From positions 84,940,001 through 85,004,000 of the forward strand of contig NC_043001.1 of assembly GCF_006345805.1 (NCBI RefSeq): a stretch of 64,000 bases of DNA. Direction: 5' to 3'. The position numbers were made by a program, and so were the translations under genes. The DNA is from Octopus sinensis. Its lineage: Eukaryota. Below, in pieces: positions 14,307-28,401 of the stretch (position 1 is the stretch's first letter; each line of letters starts with the position of its first letter). The notes beneath the pieces are model-generated. The model did not search any database. It was given only the letters and a program-made list of their open reading frames with translations, and was not told the origin of the DNA.

Positions 14307-14413
14307 TTTATACATATATATATATGCATATACATATACACACATGCACGTATGCACTTACACATACATACAAATACACACAAACGCACACACAAACACA
14401 CACACACACACAT

Positions 14414-14923
<510 letters not shown>

Positions 14924-16462
14924 GTGTGTGTGTGTATCTATATCCGCACGCACGTGTGTGTGTTACTATATATAGATAATACAAGCCACTTTGTGGCAAA
15001 TATGTTTAAGTTCTTTTGAAAATATTTTACTGAAATCAGACTGTACGAAAAAAAGTGAATTTGTTCAGTATTTTAAAATGTCTACCCAAGTAACTATTTT
15101 TTTTTAGTATACATAATATTATTTCCTGTCGTCAACATATATATAAATCTTTCTCCGTGTGTATGTATACACATATATGTGTATGAAAAATGCCTGTATG
15201 AATCTCTCTCTCTCTCTCTCTATCTATCTACCTGGCCACCTACTTATCTTCTTACATATCTACCTACTCACCTACCCACATACCGATCTACTTCCATACA
15301 TACCTACATACCTTCCTACCAACCTGCCTACATACCTGCCTACCTCCCTCCCTCCCTACCTACCTATCTACCTAGCTACCTACATACCTACATACATGCA
15401 TACTACGGAAAGAATGAGTGAGAGGCGGAAAATCGACGGCTATACAAGTTTTGTGCATAATACCCGACCACGAAAGGAACAAAGTCGAACCGTATACTCG
15501 CGGCTACATATACATTTGTATATTAGAAAGCTACAGTTTTACTACCTGTGCCTTAGCGAAGGCAAAGGTATTATTTTTCAGTTGCGTGTGTTTGTTTGAC
15601 GTGGACAAAATATCACAAGAACTGCTGGAAGGATTCGGATGAAATATTCAGGGATGTTTGGCATCATGACTGGCAGAAATGATTAGATTTGGGGATTGGT
15701 CGGGTACCGGACAAGGATTCCGGATTACTTTTCCTGTTTTTTTACTTAATTTTTGAAAACGGTCGGGTTCATTTTTAGTATTCTCGCTTATGATCGCAGT
15801 CGAGTTTATTTCAGATATTTTTATTTTAAAAATCATCACCCGCTAATCGCTGAGAGGACGTTGGTGTTGCCTTAATTAATATGCATTTACAACATCACTC
15901 TTGAAAGTGAGATATGTCTCATACCAAAAAGCCAAACATCTATTTTGCATTATAAAGATAGACTCCAAATCTTAACAATTCTGAATTTGATAAAATCTTA
16001 CTAGTTATTTAGTTTTTACACTTGATGCGAGTCTGTGATTATTGTACAGAACTGCGTCAAATATTTCGTTAGTTCAAGAATTTGAAGTCCTTAAAGACTA
16101 ACATGGCTCTTACCAAAATAATTACTAAAATAGTATTGATCATTATATGTGTTTGTGTGTGTGTGTGTGTGTGTGTCTTTGGGTATTAAGGCTACCATTG
16201 ATTTCATATTAAGGAAAACATCTTAATATCTTAACAAATTTTCAAGGCGATCAGAGGAATAGTGTTTGTCCAAAGTTGAAACGAACACCATCCCTCCAAT
16301 CTCGAAATACTGTTAAGATACTAAGATATTTTCTCTAAAATGTAACCAATTGTCGTCTTAATACACAAATACAGAAATTTTATCTACCAATGCAGTGTTG
16401 AGTACTCATTCTTATTGTTCCACACACACACACACATGCAATGTTACACAACGAAACAGGAC

Positions 16463-16593
16463 TATAATGGGAAAATATTATGAATTAATGTCCTCAGCTA
16501 TCAGCAGCACAAATATTCCCAAATATATAATTATAAGTGTTTATACATATCTATACGAGCATTTAGGTCGCACAGCCATATACAATAACTTGT

Positions 16594-16633
<40 letters not shown>

Positions 16634-16784
16634 TTGTATATATATATATGGGGGCAAGTTATTGTATATGGCTGTGCGACTTAAATGCTCGTATGGATAT
16701 GTATAAACACTTATAATTATATATTTGGGAATATTTGTGCCGCTGATAGTAAAGGACATTAATTCGTAGTGTTTTCCCATTATA
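16463..16784. repeat. Foldback element: 133-bp inverted arms around a (TA)n spacer
   Basis: Arms 16463-16595 and 16652-16784; 10 mismatches in 133 by manual alignment. Confidence 0.92.
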
Positions 16785-16930
16785 CACACTTATGGGTATT
16801 TCGAATAAATTGATATTTGTTTGTAATCTAATAACTTGACCAATTCTCTGTCAAATGATCTCAAATGTTAACAGCATGTGTAGAAATAATTCAAAATTCT
16901 AGGTTTCAGGTTTTCTTTTCAGATATAGAA

Positions 16931-17460
16931 ATGGTATTTACTGAAAAAGAAAAGACATTTTCTGTGCTAGAATACCTCAGAACACACTTAACTAAGACCG
17001 TGCAGAATGATTTTGCTAACAATGCAAATTTGGGCATGGCACATAAATTTCCTAGAGTTAGGCTGTCTGTACAGGGCAAAATGACAATTAGTATTGGAAA
17101 CGATGATTAGCGAATTCGGGAAAGATTTGAAGCCCATGAAAAAAGTAAATCTGAAAAACCACATTCCTCTAATAGCAATTTGATGATCGCAAGGAAACGT
17201 TTGCGATAGACACCGTACAATAAGTAGGAGTTCATTCAGGCCTTAAAGATTGATGAAAAGCAAATGCGATAGCAGTTCTGTGTCGTCACACTAGATAATC
17301 TTGAAGACAGGTTTGAAGGAAGTTTTATTTTTAGTGATGAGTCCACTTTTCCTAGGAATGGCAAACTCCGCATCAATTTTCACATTTGGGCCGACGAAAA
17401 TGCCCATATCTCACTTGAACATATTAGGGACTCACCAAAAGTGAATGTGTTCCGCGCCAG
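16931..17460 (+). pseudogene. Tc1/mariner-superfamily (maT/rosa-like) transposase fragment
   Basis: MVFTEKEKTFSVLEYLRTH..TVQNDF and FIFSDESTF..IWADENAH..RDSPKVNVF; multiple frameshifts and stops; no TIRs identified. Confidence 0.7.
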
Positions 17461-17483
17461 CTACAATAACTATCTTTATATAC

Positions 17484-17544
17484 ATACATACATACATGCA
17501 TGCATACATATATATATATATATATATATACATACATACATATC

Positions 17545-17578
<34 letters not shown>

Positions 17579-17588
17579 ATATATATAT

Positions 17589-17620
<32 letters not shown>

Positions 17621-17639
17621 ATATATATATAATATATAT

Positions 17640-17684
<45 letters not shown>

Positions 17685-17690
17685 TATATG

Positions 17691-17725
<35 letters not shown>

Positions 17726-17756
17726 GTATATATATATCTATATATATGTGTGTGTG

Positions 17757-17788
<32 letters not shown>

Positions 17789-17790
17789 GA
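17484..17790 (+). repeat. Compound (TA)n/(TACA)n/(TG)n microsatellite, representative of dozens of similar tracts in the window
   Basis: Direct read; similar tracts at about 1630, 1930, 7700, 9830, 10720, 19260, 20490, 27520, 36320, 42440, 45860, 48220, 49060 and 53125. Confidence 0.97.
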
Positions 17791-18156
17791 CAAGAAATCA
17801 TTTTTGATCATGGAGACAAAAGTCTTTATAAGACTACAAAAATGAAGTGCTCAAATGCAATTGAGAGATAAAAAAACCTTGATTAGAGAACAGAACTCAA
17901 TTTTTCTAAATTCTAATCTTTCTGCTTATTCAAGATGGCAGACAGTAGTCTTGACGATTTTATGTATTCTTTATATGTTAAAGGGCATGGTAATATTTAT
18001 ATATGCTAAAATGTATGAAAGCGTGGTGTTATATAAAGTCGTTGATTCGAATTTTTATATATATATTTATATTTATATGCATACATACATATGTACATAC
18101 ATTCTTGCATATATACATATATACATACATTTATGCATGCATAGATAGATAGATAA

Positions 18157-18187
<31 letters not shown>

Positions 18188-18532
18188 CATACATACATAC
18201 ATACATACGTACGCACACTCACATACACACATACGCACATAAATATATACTGATACATTCTTATGTATGCATTTATGTATGTATGCATGCATGTACGTAT
18301 ATATATGTATGTATTCCTTTATTCCTTCATTCTTTTTCTTGTTTCAGTCATTTGACTGCGGCCATGCTGGGGCAACGCCTTTAATCGAGCAAATCTACCC
18401 CAGGACTTATTCTTTGTAAGCCTAGTACATATTCTATCTGTCTCTTTTTTTCTTAACTGCTAAGTGACGGGGACCTAAACACATCAGCATCGACTGTCAA
18501 GCGATGTTGGAGGGACAATTACAGACACACGA

Positions 18533-18623
<91 letters not shown>

Positions 18624-19252
18624 TACGACGGGCTTCTTTGAGTTTCCGTCTACCAAATCCACTCGGAAGGCTTTGGTCGGGCCGAGGCTATAGCAGAAGA
18701 CTCTTGCCCAAGGTGCCACGCAGTGGGACTGAAACAAGAACCCCGGAACCATGGTTTTGGCAAGCAGCTACTTACCACGTATGAATTAGCATATTTATAT
18801 TATTGGGCATTAGTACATGTATTTTTCTCCCAAAATATTTATTTGTCATTCCGATTACGATCCCATCTTTGAGTATGTTAAAAAAATTGACAAATATATA
18901 ATCAATTGACCAATACTTTTCATGTAGATGATGTCTGTTCGTGTTCTTCACTATAATAATTTATATTCCAGTTGGTGTGAGCATCATGTATGAGATGGTA
19001 TATATTTGTGTATACGTTTCTTTGTTTGTATGTCTGTATAGTACTATGACATAAGACTAAAAGACGTGAGAGATAAACAGAAAAATACGGTCAGATTGAT
19101 ATATAACAAGCTAACCGATGTAAGGAGCCGAGTGAAGAACGGTGATGGGAATTGAAATGCAGGTAGGTATTTAGCAGTGAATTTGAAAGAAAGGGAGAGT
19201 GACTAATCAATATAAAGAAAGAAAGAGAGCAGAGAGCAGAGTGCAACAAAAT

Positions 19253-19299
<47 letters not shown>

Positions 19300-19395
19300 C
19301 TATATCTCTATATATATGTTTGTATGCATATGTACACGCACACACACAAAAACACGCGCGCGCGCTTGCACACTCACACACACACACACACACAC

Positions 19396-19467
<72 letters not shown>

Positions 19468-19759
19468 GATATATATATATATACATTATATATATATATA
19501 TATTGTCAAAGATGGAGAACGATAAAGGATAAAGATAGAGGATAAAAATGAAGGAGAAAAATGAAGACGCAATTGAGAGATAGATTTACTAAGCCTGCGG
19601 AGTAGCAGAATACAGGATAAAAGGACAGAAGGAAATTGACGAGGAAACGTGAGAGACAAGCGTAAGAGGTGAAAATAAAGTCAAAATGTTGTAAAACATA
19701 GGGTGGGAGAGTGGGAGAGACGTAGCGAGAAACAGAGATAAGTGTGTGTTCACATACAT

Positions 19760-19814
<55 letters not shown>

Positions 19815-20486
19815 CAGTCTGAAGCAATGGCTGATATATTTTAATATAAAAAATCGTTCACTTTATAAAAGTGCACTGAGAGTTATTCAGTATATATCAC
19901 GTCATTTCTAGGTCCAAAGATCACATGATAAATGCACCGAACGTTAGATACTTCATGACTAATGTGGAAGGTCATTGAGATATACACCAGTTCTTGGCTC
20001 CGTGTCCACAAGTTTTTCGCAATAGGTTGAGAAACACAGATTGAAAAATAAAAACCGATAAGTAATGCACCAATTCTTCAACATTGAGAAATATATGAAT
20101 CATTACCTTCCTCAAGTGGTGAGTTTGACATAAGAACCAGTTTGCTTAAAAGCATGCACTAAAGATATGTTAACTGGGTTAACTTGGAAGATTTCTCGAC
20201 AGCATGTATATTGTTTTAAATTCTTCGAGAAGTATTTTATCAGGTTTACAATTCACAGCAGTCATCATTTTTGTTCAATATCTTGAAAGACTCGGATGTT
20301 ATATGTGCCATTAAGCGCATAGACAGAAAACATCAACATTAATGAGAGGCTATGTACGTATGTTTGTGTGTGTGTGGTGTGTGCACAGGTGCAGGGAAAA
20401 ATGAAAAACAACAAAGATATAACCAAAAAAAACGAGGGGTTTCGAGTATAGCTCCTCGTAAGAAAGAGGAATTGTCCAGTGAGAAC

Positions 20487-20553
<67 letters not shown>

Positions 20554-20984
20554 CACACACATATTTATATATATATATATATATATATGTGTGTGGTGTG
20601 TGTGTTTGAGTGAGTATGTATACATGTATACACACACAAATATTTATACATTTATATACATATACATATACGTACATACATACACACATACATATATATA
20701 TATAATATATGTGTGTGTGTGTATGTATGTATGTATGTATGTATATTTATTAAATAGAATATTTATTTACATATTCGACACAGAATACTACAATACTACA
20801 AGTAACTAGGATAGTCCACGCTAGAAAACGATTCCTACTGCAAAAGAGGTTGAAGCCCATAAATGACAGAAAATAAAGAGACATCTCTCATCCTCACTTC
20901 ACTTACGTGGACATGGTTTTATTGACGAAAAAATCGACGATGTAACTCATGTTAAATGGAGACCTAATCTTTTCTATGGTTTAC

Positions 20985-21565
20985 AAAAAAATCTACAATA
21001 TCCGACCATGTCTTTGAGACTCAGACTCAACTCATGGCTCGTCACTTCATCCTACATAGATATCCCCTTACCACTATCCACACTGCCCTTGCCAGAACAC
21101 TTCCGTGGACCGTGCCTCTGCTTTCTCTCCCCCAGCACCCGTCCTACCGTCACCCTCTCCCGTTTCCCTCATCTACCACCCCACCACTCTACCTCTCTAA
21201 CGCACCATTGTCAGAGCCTTCCAGCGACTCCAATCCCTTCCACACCCACAGCCCTCTTCCACATACACATGCACGCTCTCACATATACATGCACGCGCAC
21301 CTTCGTTTTGGAATAACCACTACTTTATTATCTCCCCTTCCTCCTAGCTCTGTGTGACCCCTCTGTCCGGCATTTGCCATGATAGATCGCTAGCCAATAA
21401 ACCTTTTTTATGTTGTCTCCCTGTTTATTTGTTTGTTCATTTCTGTCTAAGAGCGTAGGCTCGAAACGTTAAAAGACTTTCTCACATCCCGAGCGTTAAA
21501 CTAATACATCCGTTTGCTGTTTACACACCCGTCTTCGTCTTTTTTTTTGGGAAATTCTCACAATA
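20985..21565 (+). mobile_element. Internally deleted copy of the same Penelope-like family
   Basis: Homologous to the 8.1-9.1 kb copy (ATGGCTCGTCACTTC.., CTTCGTTTTGGAATAACCACTACT.., AAGAGCGTAGGCTCGAAACGTTAAAAGAC..CCCGAGCGTTAAACTAATAC) and followed by (TA)n. Confidence 0.8.
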
Positions 21566-21714
21566 TATATATATATATATATATATATTCAGTTGAATAT
21601 GGTACTTAAGTTAAAGGCAGTTGTAACTGCGATGCTGTTATTAAAACATGTTCTTTCTCTATCTACTTATCCTCTTTGTCGTTTTGGATAAAATGAAAAT
21701 TATAGAAATGAATC

Positions 21715-21810
21715 CTTCGAATTTAACTAAATCTTGTTCAGGTTGCGGACACAACTATACGGGGCGAACAATAATGTCTCTCAGGCAGAGAACTATCCCA
21801 GATGGTGAAC
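21715..21810 (+). pseudogene. Possible GIY-YIG endonuclease remnant of a second PLE family
   Basis: SNLTKSCSGCGHNYTGRTIMSLRQR resembles the PLE GIY-YIG segment (CxxC followed by YIGxT..LRxR); short and decayed. Confidence 0.45.
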
Positions 21811-22325
21811 AAAACTGTTTCTTTCCCAAGATATAGACAAATATCTAATTGATTAGAATGGACGCACCTAACCTAAACCACCATAATGAGCTTGATTCGT
21901 GGAACCGCTTCTGCTACTTCTAGGATATTTAATCACGAAGAAGCGAAAAAACTAAACGCGTTCAAGAAAGAGTCGAGAATAAGGATTGCAAAAGAAACTT
22001 TAGTACGGTAGATACTATGAAAAACTTATATAAGCTTTTGGTGCGTATTGGCTTTTTGCCCGAACGCCTCTTTATATCGCTAGCGGGGAGATACCTCCCC
22101 ACCAACTTCAGCGGCGAAACCACAAGCTTATGTGATTTTGACCTCCCTTTGGAGCATTCTACAGCAAGAGCCTGTATGACATTTTCTCTCATGGTTGCTA
22201 CCGCAGTAAAGTTTGTTCTAACAGAACATCAACATTTAAGTGGGAATAAATATTAGTTCTCGGTATTAGTGCTAACTCAGTCGCTTATATATGAAATGTG
22301 TGATATATATATATATGTAAGTATG

Positions 22326-22360
<35 letters not shown>

Positions 22361-25300
22361 CTATCTATATATATATCTCTGTCTCTCTCTCTCTCTATAT
22401 ATATATATAAAGGGAAATTATACGAAAATAAACAAAAGACGAAGGCAGGTGCTGTGTCTGTGTTTGTGTTTGTGTGTGTCTATGTATGAGTGTGTTATAC
22501 ATTATACACACACACTCATACACTCACTCACTCACACACATACACATATACAGATGCAAGTATATGAAACTAATCTTCTTAAAGAGCTGGAAAGAATGTT
22601 TCCATAAGATCCGTTTTGTTTCTGTAGAAAACTTATTGAAACTGTATCTCATCTCTGATACATTTATGATTGCACTATCATCTGTTTTGTGAAATAATCT
22701 GCAGAATAAAAATGACTTGAATGCTCATTAATAATAAAAACAAATATGTAACTATATTATTATTTTTGTCTTTGTTTTCTTCAGAAATAAGATAATACGT
22801 AAGCATGTTTTGGCATAAGTAGGTATCATATTTGTCTTTTTATAGTTAAAGAATTATACAAAGAATATGATGAGAGCATGTTTATCAATGCTTTTATGTC
22901 TTTCAGACTTAAATTTCACGCTATTGGAATATATGATGCAGAGCTTAATCCATTTCTCCGTAGAGTTATGTATATAAGAAGGAATTCCGTTTTGAATTTC
23001 ACTGACGTAACACTGATAATTTCTGCGATGGAGGAAATGTAACTCGGAACTACAAACATGGTGAATCGTTTGTCAATTTTATACAGTTAATACTGCATAA
23101 ACATTAATGTATAAAAAACAAATGAGGATATGTCAATACCAAGCATTGGCAAACTGTTTCAATAAATGCGCAGCAGGCGACATGCTTCATCATCAAGGGA
23201 ACTACTAAAGAGCATTTTAAGAAATGATATTTTTTCATGAAATTGAACGTGACATAGAGAGAGAAAGTCCCGCGAGTCGCAGCTTGCCTATAACTGTTCT
23301 ATTTTGTCGCTTTACTTGCTTAAAAGATCGGCCAAATGTGCTACATGTGTCTGTTTACCGCCTTAAAATACTTGAACAAGTCAGCTTTAAATGTAGCTTG
23401 GCAGAGAATGAAAATTGGTTGTTCACGACTACGAAAACAGTTGATAATGAAAATTAGACTCAGTTAGTCACAGATGCTGACAATTAGCATATGTTGTACT
23501 TAAATGTAAATGATACAAAAATCATGGAATATCAATGCACGTTTATCATGGGGCTTTGGGGGAAAAAGCAAAAACACAAAACAGTGATAAATGAATCAGT
23601 GATAAACAAATAATTTCTACATGCTTGGGAAATAGAAACAAGAGTTTATTCATCTTCATTAAACCAAACTCGTGGCCCACACCTTTAAATATTTTCAAAA
23701 TCACCTCCATTTTTTCTTGTAAAGAATGCACTCGACTGTCATTTCTCAGGATCAACCGCCTTTGTGTTCTTCTGTTTATTGGTCCCATACTGATGGTTGC
23801 TGGTTTATATATCCGAACAAAAACTTGCAGCTTCTCTGGACAGTCACCTAAACACAAGCAAAAGTCAGTTATATTCTGTGTAGCTGAGAACTGTAGGTAA
23901 ATGAGGGTGCACGTTTTTCTGCAGTACGAGCAGAATCTTCAATTGATCGCCAGCCCTTGTTATTACAGATCAATCCACGATAAGCGCAATATGCTTCACA
24001 GTTGATCATACCTTATTATCTCGGATCAGTGATAATCGAGGCTACATGTACTTTGAACGGCTAGTATAACCCAACATAAAAACATACACATAAACAAGCA
24101 ACATGAATTTCAAATATTCATATTAACATGCTAGAACTGCAACAAAATATGACGAAGTCTCATGCCAATGTCGTGATATATTAACACGTTATTTTCTCAT
24201 AAAGTATACGAGAAAAGATTACAAGTAGAGGTAGTGTAAAAAGTATACTTCTAAGTATATTGCAATACAACAGAAGCTTAGACTTCACTCGCAAGTGAGG
24301 TTAACCAGCCAGCATTTATCATGATCTTGCTAATTCTTTTACATGCCTATAAGTTAACGAACAGACATAGACACTTTCTGAGCTCTCCGACACTTGGCAT
24401 AGCGAAGCATGGATAATGTGAGAACTGCTGGGGAAGAAAATGTACTGGTGCAAGACTGATATTCATTTTTAGTTGAGTTCATTAGAGCAATGAAGCAAAT
24501 TGCTCAAAGGCAAAACAGATTGCCCAGTCCCGAAACGGAACCCTTAATTTTAAGTACGTTAGTTCAATATTTCAATCAGGAGTACGCGCAAACAACCCTA
24601 ACGGTATAGAATACCTTTATGGAACGAACATATTTCACTATCTTGTATGACGTTCACGACAGTATTATACAAGAAGCAAATTTTTAACGCACAACAAAAG
24701 GCCCCGGAAATAAACAATTATACATCAGTAAAGAAGGACAGTTTAGGCCCAGTGGGATATATATAATCGACGGAGACCACTGAGTGGGATATATAGATAA
24801 AGAGTGTAGAGATAGCTGTTATAAATATACACTAAAATTGGATCAGTTACCCGGAAAATTATAATCATAAGGACGAGAAATATTCCATAATATTTGGAAA
24901 TACAATATTCAACGGTATTCTTTAGAAAATAAATTCATCTTTGAGATATATCTGGCGGAGGTAAATTGATGTCTGGTGTAACTAAGTTATTTCCGACGTT
25001 AAGCATTATAAGATGTTATTTTTATTTATGTAATTATATTTAGTCCCCATGAATCTTAATATTTATTTCAAGAACTGTTCTATAATTACGATATGTAAAT
25101 TGTGGAGCTGCTTAAGTGACTAAAAATTATTTTGGAGTCATGGACAGATAATAACTCTAAAGTTGCTGAAATTATTTCGATCAGGCATGGCTGTGTGGTA
25201 AGTTTGTTTTCCAACCATATGTTTTCTGGTCCACACCCAATGCATGGCGCCTTGAGTGTCTCCTACTATTACCCTGGCCCGACCACAGCCTTGTAAGTGG

Positions 25301-26279
25301 ATTTAACTGAAACTTACTGCAGTTCAATGCTATCTTTTATTTTTATATTTTCAGCTATTTCTCACTTGATTAATTTGTATTATATTTTTTTATATATAAT
25401 TTTATATACTATTTAAGTTATTTATCTTTTATATTTACATTAATTCCTTTTTTTCTATGTGTGTTTGTGCCTGTATTTCTCATACCACCATCACTTGATA
25501 ACCGGTCTTAGTGTGTTCACGTTCACGTAATTTAGCGGTTCCGAAAATGCGATAGATTGAATAATTACTAGGCTTTAAAAATCAGTCCTGCGATTGATTT
25601 GTTCCACTAAAACCTTTCAAAGGTTTCAAAGCGGTGTCGCGTGTTAATCATCGATAACTGTCTAAGAATATCTAGTATGATTTGTTTAATATCCGCGAGG
25701 GGAAATAATTCCGGATAAACATGAAATATATTTCCGCAGAGTGTTAAAATCTTTACCTAGATATTTTGAGTATGATAGTGAAATATTAATCAAAATATGC
25801 TTACAATGAAACGATTATGAAGAAATGTACCAATAAATATAAATGTACTTGTCTATGTGTGCATACTAATAAACTTTTTCATGACAATAGCAGCTGCGCA
25901 ACACCAACGGAGACAAAAATCAACAATAACAATAGAAATCTTTTTTATTGAACATGACATGAAATTTTTTAGAGGAGTGGGCTAGTTGATTATATTGACC
26001 GCAGCACTTGATAGCTTCTTATTTTATTGACACCTTCCCCTACCAAAAAAAAAAAAGGATGAAGAAACGGAGAGGCACAGACAACCCTGGCAGTATTTGA
26101 ACTCAGAATGTAAAGACGGGGGAAAATGCCGCTAAATACTTTGCCCGGCGTGCGAACGATTTTGCCAACTCACCACTTTAATAAAAACAACAACAACAAC
26201 AACAAGAACAACAAGAACAATAACAACAACAGCAATACTGATAATAATAATATATACGAAAATGATTGCCAATGCATAG

Positions 26280-26410
26280 AAATGCACCACTCAAGGCTAA
26301 TATAGAACGACTTTATCTGCCAAAGAAAGCGGAAGACTGTGGACTTTAACAAATGGAATTAACAATGAAGATTGCCACAGTTGGTCTAGACGCTTATTTG
26401 AAAAAGATTA
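26280..26410 (+). pseudogene. Small R4/Dong-like LINE remnant
   Basis: ANIERLYLPKKAEDCGL*QMELTMKIATVGLDAYL resembles the post-RT RLYLPRxEGGRGL motif. A second remnant at about 30355-30449 reads MIPGLTSLQEVQKIVLTGTSHVLRRALSM*. Confidence 0.5.
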
Positions 26411-27519
26411 TATAAAATAAACAAAACGCATTATACACTTCGTCGAAATAATTGACGTTATTTTGTATAAAATCTTGTTCATTCCATATGTTTGTATAAA
26501 AAGTCTTTTGTATAAACTCTGCGGATATTTATGGAATTTTCAAATGTATATCCAGCAAAAAGGACAAGTCCTACAGTTTGACAGCACTTGGTAGCCGGTA
26601 ACCGTAGACGGGCCTTGGAAAGCACCCTACAATGTTATTACTCAGATAATATTAAATTATATATGTGTGTGTGTGTGTAGATGCATATATGACGAAATAT
26701 TATCGTAAAATGCATATATGCATACGTTCATACACACACACACATTCACGAACACACACGCATACATCTAAAACAATATATATATACTGATGTATTTAGG
26801 AATGGTCATTTTGTCAGCTTAGCCAAAACACACGCACTATATATTTGGTGTTACTTTTCATAAATATCCATAAATATCCGCAGTTTATACAAAAGCCACA
26901 CGATTTCACATAAAAATGTATGTATGAATCTATGTGTATATGCATATTTAAGGTAATATTACGTCTGATGACGTAAGATAATAAGATAATAGGTACATGA
27001 AATTAGTGCTCAGGTCGACTTTCTGCCGAAACATCAACTTGAACCGCAATTAAAATGTTACAGCTTCCAGGAAAATACCAGCCTATATTAAAGCCATAGT
27101 GAACATTCCTCAACCGATCGTTTATTGATCTCTTTTGTTACAAACTCCTATAACATCCAATTATGCCCTGAAGTAATATCAATGCATAAATATATAAATG
27201 CTATAATCTGTCTTGATATCATTTGTTTGCTTGTCTATATTATTATTCTAATATACACAAACATACATAAGTATACATGTGTGTTTTTATGTGCGAGTTA
27301 TGACTTGCATGTGTCTGTCTATCTGCGTTATATGTGTGACTAAGTATGTGTAAGTTTTGTAATTGTTCTCTGCCTGTGTCCTAAATTTATTAATTAGACT
27401 GTTATTGCAGTTCATTGTATATTGTATATATTATTAGGAGTTATAGGATGAAAGATTTGTGACCATGTGTTTCTCATATATTTCGGATTAAACAAGCTAG
27501 AAATGAGTTTACGTCTAAT

Positions 27520-27562
<43 letters not shown>

Positions 27563-27587
27563 GTATATATATATGTATATGTATACA

Positions 27588-27621
<34 letters not shown>

Positions 27622-27654
27622 TAATTAGGTATATATGTATATATATAATTAGGT

Positions 27655-27710
<56 letters not shown>

Positions 27711-27754
27711 TATATATATATACATATATATTTATATATGAATATTTGTGTATG

Positions 27755-27815
<61 letters not shown>

Positions 27816-28287
27816 ATGTGTGTCTTATCGATCTATCTATTTATATAGTTATCGGTATAATCTAGTTTTGTGTATCAGAACTAATAACCTGAGGTTTTCA
27901 CTTGTAAACATGTGAATGACAAGATAAATAATTATCTCAGTGTTGCTTTGATATAAGGACAGACAAAATTTATTTCCCATTTTGCTTCGATAAAACTGGC
28001 GAGACCATGCTTCATTTGATTATTGATGATAAATTTGATGTAATTTAATTAATTCTGTCCATTATGTTTGGGTAGTAATTACACACATTCTTAGCAAATT
28101 ACTGTTACTACTCTGCTTCATAATAAGGTATAGATAACATAGGCCTATGCACATACGAATGTTGTAGATACTCACACACACACACACATGCGCCCGCCAC
28201 CCCTACATGCACACATACACACACGAACACGCATGCACGCACAAACCTAGGCATATATATTCCCACTCACATACTTACATAACATAG

Positions 28288-28328
<41 letters not shown>

Positions 28329-28331
28329 CGC

Positions 28332-28401
<70 letters not shown>

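Noticed and set aside
22850-23900. Low-repeat stretch with ORFs of 77-103 aa and an acceptor-like TTTCAG
   Set aside because: No recognisable domain or consistent exon chain; possibly an old transposon remnant, but not supportable.
26965-27035. CTGATGA...CCGAAAC
   Set aside because: No stem II complementarity and no valid stem III or cleavage triplet.
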